DNA from: Eledone cirrhosa
Taxonomy: Eukaryota
NCBI GenBank assembly: GCA_964016885.1
Contig: OZ024741.1
Location: 188,852,001 to 188,916,000, forward strand
Reading direction: 5' to 3'
DNA length: 64,000 bases
Shown here: one piece after another, positions 29,322-43,070 of the stretch
How the letters are laid out: each line of letters starts with the position of its first letter
Numbering within the stretch: the first letter of the stretch is position 1
Made by a program: the position numbers and the translations under genes
Notes under the pieces: generated by a model
Databases searched by the model: none
Told to the model about the DNA's origin: nothing
The model's input: only the letters and a program-made list of their open reading frames with translations

Positions 29322-29770
29322 ATACATCAATACTCATCTTTTTTTCCATTCAGAGGGTTTTTTTAAAATCCCAACTAACAGATTAATTCTATTTAGTCAA
29401 ATACGCCGCAGGCTTATGTTACTACCCAATTTTCAGATTTGCTAGCCGTTTCCAAACAAAGCCTGCTTTGTGTCTCCCTTTTTATATACATATATATACC
29501 TGCTATGGTTATATAGCTTCTAATTGAATGGAAGGAAGCATGGGGAGGAATGTAATGGTAACACATTGGTCCGGCAAACCAAACATGTCGGTTTGTGTCC
29601 CATGTACATCAATACTCATCCTTTTGTTCATACAGAGGGTTTTTTAAAATCCCAACTAACAGACTAATTTTATTTAGTCAAATAGGGTGTAAGCACATGT
29701 TACTACCTAATTTTCAAATTCGCTAACCGTTTCTAAACAAAGCTTGCTTTGAGTCCCCCTATTTATATAT
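29322..29770. repeat. Diverged direct duplication (about 170 bp, period about 282 bp)
   Basis: TACATCAATACTCATC...CAGAGGGTTTTTTAAAATCCCAACTAACAGA at about 29323 and 29604. Confidence 0.8.
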
Positions 29771-29843
29771 ACATATTTATATTTATATATTAAAATAACA
29801 ATTATTTTTATTTCCTTTTACTTACCTCTTTGATGAACAACAG

Positions 29844-30002
29844 TGGTCTTGATTATTCTAAAGAATGGCACGAACGGTACAAAATTAATCGGAGAGCCAT
29901 TCAGAATAACCTACACTTATTACATCCACTCACGAGGACTCTTCTAAATTTTTGTCAGACGACATTAAGTCGCATGACCTTATTAAACCTATCAGGGCTC
30001 CG
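29844..30002 (+). CDS. DNAH12: DNAH12-like coding exon C
   Basis: caacAG acceptor and GTgagt donor, phase 2-2. Translates GLDYSKEWHERYKINRRAIQNNLHLLHPLTRTLLNFCQTTLSRMTLLNLSGLR, compare recalled DNAH12 GLDYSNPWHSSY...NLHIIHP. Confidence 0.88.
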
Positions 30003-30370
30003 GTGAGTATATCTCTCTTTTTATATTGTTGGTTACATGTTTTTATGTTATTGTTGTTGTTTAGATGTGTCTTTGTTGTTGCAATTTATATTTGTGTGGT
30101 AGGTTTTTTTTTTTCCATTGTTAGAATTTGTTGTCTGATTTTCTTTTTTTAATTTTGAACCTGAAAGAATGATAGAGATAGATAGATAGATGTCTTTAAA
30201 GTTAGCTAAACAGCTATATCTATCTATCTCTATATATATATATTAATTTTTAAATTGCATTTGTGATAGTATTTTACACGTTTTTATTGTATGTTAACTT
30301 TCCCCTTTGTATTTGTCCCCTTCTTTTGTGCCCCTGTGGCTAATAAAGAAACATATATATATATATATAT

Positions 30371-30825
30371 CCAGACAGTCCACGCTGTAATGTGGCCGTG
30401 TAGGCAACACGGTAAAAACCTCCCAGCCCCACACTGTAAATGTGGTTGGTGTTAGGAAGGGCATCCAGCTGTAGAAAACCCGCCAGACAGTCCACGCTGT
30501 AATGTGGCCGTGTAGGCAACACGGTAAAAACCTCCCAGCCCCACACTGTAAATGTGGTTGGTGTTAGGTAGGGCATCCAGCTGTAGAAAACCCGCCAGAC
30601 AGTCCACGCTGTAATGTGGCCATGTAGGCAACACGGTAAAAACCTCCCAGCCCCACACTGTAAATGTGGTTGGTGTTAGGAAGGGCATCCAGCTGTAGAA
30701 AACCCGCCAGACAGTCCTATGCGAGCAAGACAATCACTCTTGCCTCAAGTGGGAAAACCCCCGTCCAAACCCATGCAAGCGTGGAACACGGACGTTAAAC
30801 GATGATGATGATGATGATGATGATA
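30371..30825 (+). repeat. RTE-type 3' UTR with three tandem 112-bp units and a (GAT)n tail
   Basis: CCAGACAGTCC recurs at 30371, 30483, 30595 and about 30707. Confidence 0.9.
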
Positions 30826-30969
30826 TATAGAGTAAACAATGAGTTATTTAATTTGTTGATTATTCAACAGAGTTAATTTATAACAGATTAGAAGTACTCA
30901 ACAGATTGCTTCTGGAGTATAAGATCAATAATATTAATAAATGGAAACTATCTTTATAAAATCATATTT

Positions 30970-31028
30970 ATTTTATTATATATATTTCAAGGGTACCAGT
31001 ATTTTGGTACGCTATCATCAGATAAAAT
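30970..31028 (-). ncRNA. Type I hammerhead ribozyme
   Basis: Minus strand attttat-CTGATGA-tagc gtacca aaatac tggtac cctt-GAAAT-atat-ATA-ataaaat. Stem I is 7 bp. Confidence 0.78.
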
Positions 31029-31416
31029 ACAAAAATTGGTTTACAGATAGTGACATATCTACATATGAACTTAATGTTATGAGTTCTATGTAAATAGTGA
31101 ATAAAACTTCAAACCTCGAGATGAATATGCTAATGAGGATAACGTTAAAACTGAAAAAGACCGTTTTGTTTAGACGCTATGTAAATTTAAATAATTATCA
31201 GAATTATTTTTTAACAAGGAAAGAGAGGTTTACTATTAAAGAGGAAGAAAAAATTGAAGAAAAGATTTTAAGAAAAAAAATATTTAAAGCGACTTACAGA
31301 ATATTTATAGGAATATACATATGTAAGTGTCCGAAACATATGTCCGAATATACATATGTAAGTGTCTTGAAATATATATAATAAAATAAATATGGTTTTA
31401 TGAAGATAGTTTCCAT

Positions 31417-31448
<32 letters not shown>

Positions 31449-31622
31449 TTTACGTCCGCTTTTCCCATATATAGATATATATGATATAATATAATATATA
31501 GATAGATAGATATGATATAATATAATATATAGATAGATAGATATGATATAATATAATATATAGATAGATAGATACAATATAATATAATAGTTAGTTATGT
31601 AATAAACAACATAAGATAATTA

Positions 31623-31682
31623 TTTCATTTACCAGTGGTTTCTTGAAAGCAAACAAATCTGCTTTCAGTCATCAGAATGAAA
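31623..31682 (-). ncRNA. Type I hammerhead ribozyme
   Basis: Minus strand tttcatt-CTGATGA-c tgaaagcaga tttg tttgctttca a-GAAACC-act-GGTA-aatgaaa. All three stems pair. Confidence 0.88.
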
Positions 31683-31824
31683 AAATTCTGGTGTTTTTAT
31701 TGAAAGTGGATTTTATTACATAACTAATAAGCTCTGTAACCTACATAGAGCACTCTTTTTCCTGTACCTTTCTGACGGAATTACTTCACTAATATAATAG
31801 TTAGATAAATTGATATATATGATA

Positions 31825-32376
31825 TAATATAATAGATATTATAGTTCCTGTCTGTTTGTTTGTTTGTTCTCGAACTCCTCCTATGGTTTTGGACCATATA
31901 TATTCTGAAATTACATTGCCCAGGGTACTTTTAATCAAAGGGTTCCCCGGGGGCACAAACCCCCGCTGAAAACTTTTTCCCTTCGATTTATATGAAATTT
32001 AAACCGTAGGTAAATGACAATATATGATGCCTATTCATAAAATTTCAGCAAATTTCAATAATATTAAGACACCCTAATGGGGGTTAAACCCCCCTATAGT
32101 GAAAAATTTGGAAGCCCATAACTTTTCTATTAATTAAACATAAATCAACAAAAAAAGCACCTCTCTTTTATAGTAAAATTTGGCTAATTTAGACATTTTA
32201 TCTATGGCAAAACATCACTAGAATTATGACTACAAAAATTATTAGTTAGTTAATGGCTCTACTTTTTTAACATTATCCCTTTATTTTTTCTTCATAAATT
32301 ATATCACGGATTTAAAATCAATCATTTTTTTTCAAAAAATGTGTGAAACACAGCAAGGCACGGGTAATTCGGTTAG
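31825..32376 (+). mobile_element. Non-autonomous Helitron-like element
   Basis: 5' CTGTCTGTTTGTTTG microsatellite. 3' CAGCAAGGCACGGGTAATTCGGTTAG then TA resembles a degenerate hairpin plus CTAG end. Confidence 0.55.
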
Positions 32377-32495
32377 TATATATATATATATATATATATA
32401 ATATATGATATAATATATAGATAGATAGATACGATATAATATAATAGATAGATAGATTGATATACATGATATAATATAGTAGATAGATATATATG

Positions 32496-32566
<71 letters not shown>

Positions 32567-32574
<8 letters not shown>

Positions 32575-35500
32575 TTCAAGAGTAACCAATCTTAAAGAGA
32601 GAGATGGAGATAGGAGAGGAGAAGAGAGATTGGTGAATTAGTTAGAAGCCAAAGCCTAAAGGCATGTGCTCAATGTGCAATATGCAGTGGAAGGCAGCTA
32701 GGTGGCTGGGTTCATGCAGAGGTTAAGTGCACAGACCTGGAAATATTCATTAGTTAAGCAAAACAAGACCACAAATTTCACAAGGAAGACATTATTAAAA
32801 GATTGTCAACATATTTTAGTTTGATGTAAGGAATGTAGAGAATAATAATAATAATATTAATAATAATTGTTTCTACTTTTTGGCACAAGGCCAGCAATAA
32901 CCCAGTGCATTACTGGTACTTTATTTTATCGACCCCGTTAGGATGAAAGGCAAAGTTAACCTTGGTGGGATTTGAACTCAGAATGGCAAGGGCCGTAACT
33001 CTATACGTCAAAGCATGGCGTCCGACCCTCTACCGATACTGCCAATCCACCGCCATTATAATATTAATAATAATATTAATAATAATAATGTCCGTTTACA
33101 ATTGTTTCGCTACTCCATATAATATTTCTGGATCAAATGATTATAGATCATTATTGATCTGGTTCAGTTGAAAATAATTAACTTAGGTATAATTAGAGCA
33201 GCTCATTGGAACTTCAAATGGAATATAAATAAATTAAAATAAGGAAAGAATGTTACATGAATGTAATGTTCCATATATTGGTATTTCACTATGGTGTACT
33301 GGGTATATCTATTGTCTGCCATAGTCGAGTAGTATTCTTCTGTTGAGGCTGCATTGTGTGAGATCTGCCTATGGGTAACAAGATGGCCGCCAATGGACAT
33401 ATTTACCTTACTAATTAGAGGGTGGTTTCAGGGGAAGTAACTCCTCGAGAAATTAGAAATTGTGGGTAGTTTATAGTTAAGAAGTGCTAATTTTTTAATT
33501 TTTTAATTGAGAGACAATGTAAGGGGAGGCAACTTATAATTATCTAAGTTAGCTATAACTATTTAACTTATTAGCTATAAGTAAAAATGGGGCTAGATGA
33601 CTATGTTGGGTCAAATATTCTGTTGGCGAAGGAATTAGCCCTTTGATGTTGACAGCTAATAGTTACCTCCGTTCTATCGTTAATCGGTAAAGGTCGAGAT
33701 AGAGTTATGTAATATGCTTCGGTAAGACAGAGGTCACAAGAGTTTCTTCGTCCATTGAACGGTTCGGTCCTAGCCAAGATATCCCATGTTAGTGAGTGTT
33801 CAATGTTGGTTAATTTAAGGTTTTTAATGAGCCTGGCTAGAGATGTCGAACATCTGTTGTTAGGGTCTCGGAAGGAAAAAGAGTGCGCGTTATAGCGTAC
33901 CTTAAAAGGGTTAGAGGTAGAGCCGATATAGGAGCTGGTATGCGAAGCAGTTTTAACTGTGGACCTATAAACTATATTGGGTGTCTATTTAGTGGGCATG
34001 CATTAGGGTAACGGCAGTTGCAGTTACTTCTGCGGTTAGTGAGAGTAGGGTTGTTTAAACTAAACGGTTGGTCCGTGCTAGAAGGATTAGATGGGGGAGG
34101 TGTGCTACTAGAGTAAGTATTGGTGTAGTGGCGTGGTGTATTTGATGGGGGTGGTGGTACCACATTGTGGGAGTTATACTGTCTTAGTTTATGATGGTTA
34201 CTGAATGCGATGTGGTTAGCTAGGTTAGGTGTTGTGGAGAATGAGATTTTAATGTTGTTTTTATTAAAGAGTTTGTAATATCTATGGTTGGGGGTAAATG
34301 TTTAGATAGGATAGAGAAGAAGCATTTAGGGACATTAGTGGCTAGATTAGATGAGAATGGGGGGTTAAGCCAGGTGATACTTCTAGGTTTATTCCTTCTA
34401 GGGGTTCTAGTGGAGTTGGTAGGGGCCTTCCTAGGGTTATTATTACCTGGGGATTTGTTATTTGTCATCCCATTTCTCATTCCTATTCTAGGGTTGATTT
34501 TTAGTTTGCTACTTGGAGTGGGGAGCAGGCCGCTGCCACCATTAAACTTCCCTGTATAGGTGCTGTTACTGCTAAAATTCCGGCGAATCTGGCTATATGC
34601 TAAGGTATTTCTAGTTCTAGTGTTAAGTTTATTGTGGTTGTGGTGAAGTGCTGTGTTATGGCATTTAGGTATGTAATAAATTGATTGTTCATAGCCAGAT
34701 TCAGAAAGAGCCTTATTATAATATGCCGCATGGTTTATAAATATCTCCTCATTTGCTGATAGCATTGAGATCCTATACGTGATAGATTTGATTACTGCTC
34801 TGATGACTGCCGGTGGGTGGTTAGAGTGTGGGCTAATATATGTAAGTATTTCACCTGGTTTATGATAAGGGTAATATAGGTTATTGTTAAGATCTAGGGT
34901 AACGTCTAGGAAGTTTACTACTTTATAGTTCGGCTCGATGGTGATAGAGAGACCGTTATTTTTAAAGAATCTATGTAATTGTTTTTTGAGCAAGTCAATG
35001 CCTCGATTAGTGCAATTGTGGACTGCAAATAGGGCATCGTCCCTATATATTCCGCCTTGCAAGGGTTGGATTTCAGCTCTGATGTTATGTAATAGGTAAA
35101 TTCCAACTAAATCGGTGATTTGCGCAGAGTCACTTGAGCCCATAGTGATGTCAAAGTTGTCTGTTCTGTCTTTTCTAGTCCAGAGTGCTCCGTTGAATTC
35201 AATGATGGTCTGCCTAGCCATAAGTATGATGTCAATCTCATTATTGGTTATGTCAGAGTTGGTGCTGGCTAGGGTTAATGCTTTGTTGAGCAGTGCCGGG
35301 GTTATTGAAGCGTAATAGCTGTCAATGTCAAATTGGAGGAACCTCATAGATTCCTTGGACCTTAGATCGGAGAACCATCTAATGATTTGGCCGGTGTTGG
35401 ACCACAGCTTGTAGGTGATATCATCTCGTAGCCCAGGGATGATCCTATCAAGGATGTTCTTACTGATACGACCCAAGTCGGATGTGGTTGGGCTTATAAG

Positions 35501-36805
35501 TCTAATAGATGGGTTCTCTATAAAGTTTGGCTTGTGATCCTTGAGAGAAAACCTTGGGGTTGTAGGTACATAAGGGTGGGTAAATCTATCCAGATGCAAG
35601 TCCTTAACCAAAGCCTGGGCTTTTTGGTTAAGTAAGTTTACACTGGAGAGTATAGTTTTTTTAATAGTTTTTATTAAGTTCCTTAAGAAGGAAAGAGTTG
35701 TAAGTTTCAGGAGTCATGGTGTATAGATTTTTAGTTTTGTCAGACATAACATGTAAGAGGTGGCTATCTTTAAATTTGTTTATAGTTGTTGCTAATATAG
35801 TGAGGAAGTTATTCTTGTGTCTATAATGCTTTTTGAATTTAATGCTCCTGACGAAGTTAAATAGATCTTTCTCCAAAGGGTCCAGCAGGCTGTTGTGTGG
35901 GGGGGTTCTTGCATGTGGTAAATCCATATCTATTTGCTGTACTTCCGGCGTCAGCAGCACCCGCACGGTCGAAGTGGAAGGCCTTCCATCGTATTCTTCG
36001 GATGAAAGAGTTGGCTCTCTGTATTAGGAGTTTGAGGTATGTCTTCCTGTCCGGGATAGGAATAGACTTAAGTGATATCCTGAGTTCCTGCTTGCTCAAC
36101 ATGGTGACTTCTAACAGTAAGTAGCTCAACTACGGGAGCTCAAGTATACACAGTTCAAGAGTAACCAATCTTAAAGAGAGAGATGGAGATAGGAGAGGAG
36201 AAGAGAGATTGGTGAATTAGTTAGAAGCCAAAGCGTAAAGGCATGTGTTCAATGTGCAATATGCACTGGAAGGCAGCTAGGTGGCTGGGTTCATGCAGAG
36301 GTTAGGTGCACAGAGCTGGAAATATTCATTAGTTAAGCAAAACAAGACCACAAATTTCACAAGGAAGCCATTATTAAAAGATTGTCAACATATTTTAGTT
36401 TGATGTAAGGAATTCATTTCATTTTACATCCGCTTTTTCCCTGCTTGCAAGGGTGGGATGGGAACTGATTTTGGCTTGATTTCTACAGCTGGATGCCCTT
36501 CCTAACACCAACCTCATTTACAGTGAGTGCTGGGTGCTTTTTTGCCGTGGCACCTCCACGACCACTTTGCAGTGGAATGATATAGATCCCAGTCCCTATC
36601 ATCTCATTTCTACAGCTGAGTAAACTGGAGCAATGTGAAATAAAGTGTCTTGCTCAAGGAAACAAGACATCACCCGGTCTGAGAATTGAACTCACAACCT
36701 TTCGATTGCAAGGCCAATGCTCTAACCACTAAGCCATGTGCCTCCATGTAGAGAATAATACTAATAATATTAATAATAATAATGTCCGTTTACAATTGTT
36801 TCACT
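32567..36805 (-). mobile_element. Near full-length Penelope-like retroelement (Naiad-like) with direct pseudo-LTRs, flanked by (TA)n
   Basis: Direct repeats at 32567-33111 and 36145-36805, each interrupted by a different SINE, flank an RT plus GIY-YIG coding region. Confidence 0.92.
33601..36129 (-). pseudogene. PLE reverse transcriptase / GIY-YIG endonuclease ORF broken by four frameshifts
   Basis: SLKSIPIP..FIRRIRWKAF, SDKTKNLY, FDIDSYY, ITMGS, IYRDD, FLDVTLDL, SNHPP, CNCR..CPL, NIVY...YIG, CDLC. Confidence 0.92.
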
Positions 36806-36822
36806 ATATATATATATGTATG

Positions 36823-36953
<131 letters not shown>

Positions 36954-37238
36954 GGGAAAAATGAAACAAAATTTCATTTCCCTCTTAGTACGGCTGTTAC
37001 TTAAATATAAGTATGTACACGTACATACATATATGTATACAGATGTACAGTAGTATGTATATATATATACATACATGCACACATATATATATGTACGTAT
37101 GAAATTTTGTTTCATTTTTTCCGTTTATCGTTTTTGGTGCACCCGGCCGATTAACCCACTAGATATGCAAATTGGGCTACTCAGCCGTTAATATGCATAA
37201 GGTAAGTATATACGTTCAACAATCTGGCAGGAAGGTAT

Positions 37239-37281
37239 ACGTTGCTGATGATAGCTAATAAGCTTGAAACTAGTACAGCGT
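37239..37281 (+). ncRNA. Minimal type I hammerhead ribozyme
   Basis: acgttg-CTGATGA-tagc taataa gctt-GAAAC-ta-GTA-cagcgt. Stem I is 6 bp and stem III is the palindrome ACTAGT. Confidence 0.85.
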
Positions 37282-37473
37282 TCCTTTGTCAGTGTTGAAC
37301 AAACGAGCAACGATGGTTGCTGGACACTACGGCTTAATACGGGATGTTTGTTTACAAATACACCGAGCATTATAATAAATGTTCGGTGAATCCATACGTA
37401 CATATATATATGTGTGCATGTATGTATATATATATACATACTACTGTACGTCTGTATACATATATGTATGTAC

Positions 37474-37518
<45 letters not shown>

Positions 37519-37523
<5 letters not shown>

Positions 37524-38145
37524 TTCTTTATTAGCCACAGGGGCACAAAAGAAGGGGACAATACAAAGGGGGAAGTTTACATTCAATAAAAACGTGTAAA
37601 ATATTATCACAAATGCAATTTAAAAATTAATCGATTTTCCCCAATAGGGGGAGACATTACATATGGGTAACACATACCCCCCCAAAAAATGTGCAACCCT
37701 CATCTCCAGGAGTACGAAGAGTGAGTACCCCTTTCCTCTTTTCCTCTTTTTGCTCAACCTACAGGCTGATATAGAGAGAAGGCCCATTCACTCGGGCCAT
37801 TCTCACCACTTTCACCCACCTTTCATAAAACTTGCTGGGGTACAGCACCTCTCTCTCCATCCTGATTCTTTTTCCAAAGTGGTATTTGAAAAAAAGAATC
37901 AGTTGTTGGCCGGAGAGAAAGGTGTCTGACCTCAGCCCTTTTAACCTCGTCCACCATACAACCTCTTTCCCCATAGTTATCACACATAGGAAAACCGCCT
38001 CTCCTTTGTTTTTGAAGGAGGGTGGTGGTTTGATCATGATGATTGACTCGGTGGTCAACCGGATTGGTCCCACCCGCGACAATAGTCGTTCTACATAGCC
38101 CTACAGGTCGGTAACGCCCGGGCAGTGTACGAATGCGTGCGCAAC

Positions 38146-38146
<1 letters not shown>
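37519..38146 (-). mobile_element. L1/Tx1-type LINE 3' fragment; its 3' UTR also occurs at 30241-30353(+)
   Basis: HAFVHC zinc-knuckle remnant, KEVVWWTR...FYERWVKV C-terminus, and a T-rich 3' UTR ending AATAAAGAAAC next to (TA)n. Confidence 0.7.
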
Positions 38147-38181
<35 letters not shown>

Positions 38182-38546
38182 TATGGAATATTTAAATTTA
38201 TAGCTGAAGGCTTTCAAAATGTTTATTTATAAACATATCATGAGATATACAAATTCACATACTATATATATTAATATTTTAAGTTTAAGTTGTTACAGAG
38301 ATGTTATAAAGATTATACTGATTATTAAATAATCAAGAATATTTTACTAGATGTAAGACGAATATATTAATAGAAATAAATAAATACTTACATATTTCAG
38401 GATATTGTCAGTGATTAAACATCTTAAACTTTTAATTTTGGTTTATAAGCATATTGTAATTATATATTGGCTCTGCTTGATCCTATCATAGCATTGAGAT
38501 AAAATACACCTAGTAAATGAGTCAAATTTACTCTAATTAATATTAC

Positions 38547-38604
<58 letters not shown>

Positions 38605-38706
38605 TTATATATATATATTTATACACACCCACACTCATGTGATGTTGACAGAATGAGTACTCAATAATGAATTAGAGTTTAATATTCTTCATTATGGCTA
38701 AGTGAT

Positions 38707-38763
38707 GAGTCTTGTTACTCTGAAGTTTCATCTGTGTACTTACAGTATCACCAGAGAAGACTC
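38707..38763 (-). ncRNA. Degenerate hammerhead ribozyme, same family as 15861
   Basis: Minus strand gagtcttct-CTGGTGA-tactgt aagtac acagat-GAAACT tcag AGTA-acaagactc, with one core substitution. Confidence 0.6.
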
Positions 38764-39316
38764 TTGTTTGATCTTCCTGTCAGTATACAGGTAAAATTTC
38801 AGAGAAACAAGATTATCTATATAGATACTATAGCTTACGAGTGAAACCAATGTGAAATCATCAGTTTAGTGCAGTGATTCCCCAATTTTTTTTCATTCAT
38901 AGTGCACTTTAGAACAAGTAAAAATATTTTAGTGCTCTCTGAACCTCTATTTGAAAATTTATTCAAAAGATGTATTTATACATATTTACATAGCATAAAG
39001 TAGAAATATAGATAATTAAAAATACAGAATCTACTGTGCTAAATTTTTTAAAAAGCTTCTTCAATTTCCAGATTAATATATGTGCAGTTAAGTTAATAAA
39101 GGCGTTTATATTGAATGGAATAATATAGGTTAATTGGATGATATTGGCATGACTTAACTAATGAGATATTAAATAGATTAATATTAAACTGGTTAATATT
39201 GAAAAGTTTGATAATTGGTATGATATTGACATGGGTTAACAAATGAGGTGATATTGAATAGTTCATATTTAATAAGTTAATGTATGGAGTAATATTGATA
39301 TAGGTTGAAGAATTGA

Positions 39317-39822
39317 TACAGGATGGAAGAAGTCTAGAGAGTTGCTTCCTCTCTTGACAACAAAGGGTTTCTCCCTACGAATGAAAGGTCAGCTGCATGA
39401 TGCCTGTGTGAGATGCACAATGCTGCATGGTAGTGAGACATGGGCAGCCACTGCAGAGGATGTGCTAAGGCTGGAGAGAAATGAAGCAAGCATGCTTCTA
39501 CGGGTGTGTAATGTCAATGTGTGTGAACAACCAGGCATGGATGAGTTGAGATGGAAACTGTAAATAAGAGGAATAAGCAGTAGTGTGCGGGAGAGAAGAT
39601 TATGTTGTTATGGCCATGTGATGCACATGGATGATGACCGTTGGCTGAAGAAGTGCCAAGTAATCCCAGTGGAAGGAAGACACAGTAGAGGAAGACCACA
39701 GAAAACATGGATAGAGAGGAGATGATGAAGGACTGTAACGAATGGAGAGATGCTGTGTTGAAGAGGACCTGTCTCACCCTTGCAAGCAGGGAAAAGTGGA
39801 CGTAAAATGATGATGATGATCA
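39317..39822 (+). mobile_element. RTE LINE 3' fragment
   Basis: LPLLTTKGFSLRMKG..MLHGSETW..RLERNEASML followed by a (GAT)n tail. Confidence 0.88.
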
Positions 39823-40413
39823 TGAAAACAAGTTTACGATATTGAATGAGTTAATAAAATGTTTAATATTGAATATATAAACAGGACCATATGGTGGCAT
39901 TATGAGAAAACAAACCTAGTATACACCATCAAGTTGTTGGCATTATAAAGAGCATCCAACCATAGAAACCATACCAAAATGGAACATATGAGCATAACAC
40001 AATGATCTGACCTGCCTCTCTAGCCTCAGAGCACGACAACCCATCTAACTCATGCAGGTGAGAAAAATCAATCGATATAAAATGGTGATGATGCTGACAA
40101 TAATGGCAATGATGATGATGATGATGATGAAACATGTTTTTACTGAATGGTTTAGTAAAAGGATTTATAGTGAGTTGGTTAATAAACAGCTTAATATTAA
40201 TTAGGTAAATATATGGAAGGATTGTCATGGGTTGATAAATGGATTGATATTGAGCTGGTTAATAATACATAGTATGGGGAAATATTGATAATAACACACA
40301 TGTTTATAAGGAATGGATTAATAAAGAGTGTCATATTAAATGCGTTAATAAACAAGTGCCTGTTGACACCAGATGTTGTTTAGAACTTGTTCATAATTTC
40401 ATGTCTTTTTCAG

Positions 40414-40497
40414 GGCACAAGGTGCTATAGAATTAGGAACTCTGAGAAGTATGGTTACATTGGAACTAGAGAAAGCTAATGATGATTTAAAGTGCAG
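40414..40497 (+). CDS. DNAH12: DNAH12-like coding exon D
   Basis: tttttcAG acceptor and GTgaga donor, phase 2-2. Translates AQGAIELGTLRSMVTLELEKANDDLKC, colinear with recalled DNAH12 AKGPIDCESLK. Confidence 0.8.
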
Positions 40498-41793
40498 GTG
40501 AGATCTTTCATTTATATATTTGTTGTTGTTTGACCCCATGGTTAGTTGTAATTGGTAAAATATAGGATCAAAACCATTCCAGTTTCAAACATCCTTACAT
40601 TTTATTTTCAGGTACAGTTTATATAGGACTGCATTAGACAATGTGTATTTTCTCTCTTGAGATGGTAGAATGTGGTTTGAAAATGTGACTACTCTCTCTA
40701 GCAAGATGGCCAAGTTTATTACCAAGGGGCTTTGTTGTGGGTTCAAGTCTCTGTGTGTTTATTCTGAAGGGTTAATTAGGAATCCTTTGTTTGAAATTCA
40801 TTAAAAGGCATCAGACACTGGCATTAACAAAGCTCACATTTGCCCTACACTCAAGCATGTATGCTGTTTGTGTCTTGGTTAAGATTGTTTTCTTTGCCGT
40901 TATGAGGTTCTGGTTCAATCCTATGTTGTAGTATTTTGGCAAAAATCAAGCCTGTTGCCGGGCTTTGGTGCATGGGATGGGGTTGGGTAGGCGGACACCC
41001 TTTTGTGGGCAATGTATTTTGGAACATTTTATTATAAACCCAATTTTCTAAATCTGAGGGTGCACCATTGAAAAATGTGTGTGTGTGTGTGGGACAGTAT
41101 TTATATAATGACCTGTCTGATATTTACTATTATGGCACTTTCTTCATTTGTAATATTATCATTTTTTTTATAACAGTTTATAATGCTTTTTGTCTTGACA
41201 TCTACGACCCCCTTTACTGTGTGGGTTGGGTGCTTTTTGTCGTGACACCTATGGCCACTTACAGTGTGGGTTGGGTGCTTTTTGTCGTGACACCCACATG
41301 ACCACTTGACAGTGTGGACTGTATACACTCACGTATGTACACATACATACATGTACATATAAAAAAAAATATATATAGTCAAAAAACATATAAGCAGCTA
41401 TAATTTTCATTTATATGAGTAAGTTAAGATAGCTGAGCATTAGTAGAGATAATCAATAGCTAGTATTAAATGACAAGAAGGTACCAAAAATATATTCTTT
41501 TGGAAATAGATAATTATGAAGGCTATAATCAGCTATTATATGTAGATTCAATCAAGAATATAGTGAAAGGTAAGATCAAATAAATGAAAAGACATGCATA
41601 TTAGTCAAGAAAAGTATAAATGATTAAACTTTAACATCATATATATATATATAAATATATAATATAAGCAAGTATTGCACCAAGAAAAATATAGATTTCA
41701 GTGAGAAAGCGGAGTAAGAATTTATTGGTTTTAACATATGTTTCTGTGTCTATTATAATAGTCTACATATATATATACAATTAAATATAGACC

Positions 41794-41852
<59 letters not shown>

Positions 41853-41965
41853 TTGTGTGTGTGTGTGTGTGTGTATGGGTCTGATATACTGAAAACAAAC
41901 TAACAAGTATGTATGAACTAGTTATTTATACTAACAGGCACTTAGACACACATATATAATGCAAT

Positions 41966-42160
41966 ATATGAAAGTTGGCCTAAAAATTAATAGGCTGACT
42001 AAGATATTCTCATGGAATGACCAAATGAGGTTTATTTTTCAACATAGTTGAAACAATGCAATTGTTAATAAGAAGAGTTGAAATTAATGCATGCAAGATT
42101 TCACAGCTCAAGCATCACTCCTTCATAGTTAGCCCATGAACTTTTCAGCCTACTCTTGTA
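41966..42160. mobile_element. Degenerate mariner-type MITE
   Basis: Imperfect TIRs TA-TGAAAGTTGGCCTAAAAATTAATAGGCTGACT and AGTTAGCCCATGAACTTTTCAGCCTACTCTTG-TA. Confidence 0.55.
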
Positions 42161-42927
42161 TATTGAGGAAATAAAAAACGTACACATATAAACATATGCA
42201 TAATTGAACATATGCATAATAGTCTAACCCATGTTAGCATGGAAGGTGGACATTAAACAATGATGATGATGATGATACCAATATATGATAACAGCCAAAT
42301 TAACTCGGGCATTCAAATAAATATAGACTAACACATATATATATATAGAAAGACAACATAAGGACATATACACGTTTCCAAATACATTTAGAGAGATACA
42401 TAGATCAAATTAAAAGAGGATAGAATTGTCCTACAGCAGTCATAAGTAGAAATGTAATAATATGTATATAATAGAAAGCACAAAGACTGGGAAATAGTTA
42501 TAAACAAAACATTAATAGCGGACAACATAAGGTCATAGTTTTTATAAAAGAAAGAGAGGTTTTGTGTAAACAAGAGGAGAACATTTCAGACATCTTTTTT
42601 AAAATTGGTGATTTAGAACTGATTATTTCAAGTATGTCAGTGAAGCATAATTTGGATTTGTTGTGTGTATATATGGAAAAAATGAAATTTCATTTCTCAC
42701 TCTTAGTACGGCTGATACTTAAATATAAGTATGTATACGTACATACATATATGTATACAGACGTACAGTAGTATGTATATACATACATGCACACATATAT
42801 ATATATGTACTTATGGGTTTACCGAACATTTATTATAATGTTCGGTTTGTTTGTAAACAAACAGCCCGAATTAAGCCGTACAGTGTTCGGCAACCATCGT
42901 TGCCCTTTTGTTCAACACTGACAAAGG

Positions 42928-42972
42928 AACGATGAACTAGTTTCTAGCTTATTAGCTGTCATCAGCACTCTA
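42928..42972 (-). ncRNA. Hammerhead ribozyme, diverged paralogue of 37239
   Basis: Minus strand tg-CTGATGA-cagc taataaa gcta-GAAACTAGTT-ca. Confidence 0.65.
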
Positions 42973-43070
42973 TACCTTCCTGTCAGTCAACTGAACGTTT
43001 GAAAGTATATACTTTCCTTATGCATATTAACGGCTGAGCAGCCTAATTTGTATATCGAGTGAGTCAGTCA

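Noticed and set aside
33601-36129. Selenocysteine recoding or programmed frameshifting in the PLE ORF
   Set aside because: The breaks are indels rather than in-frame TGA at Cys positions. Decay or sequencing error is the simpler explanation.
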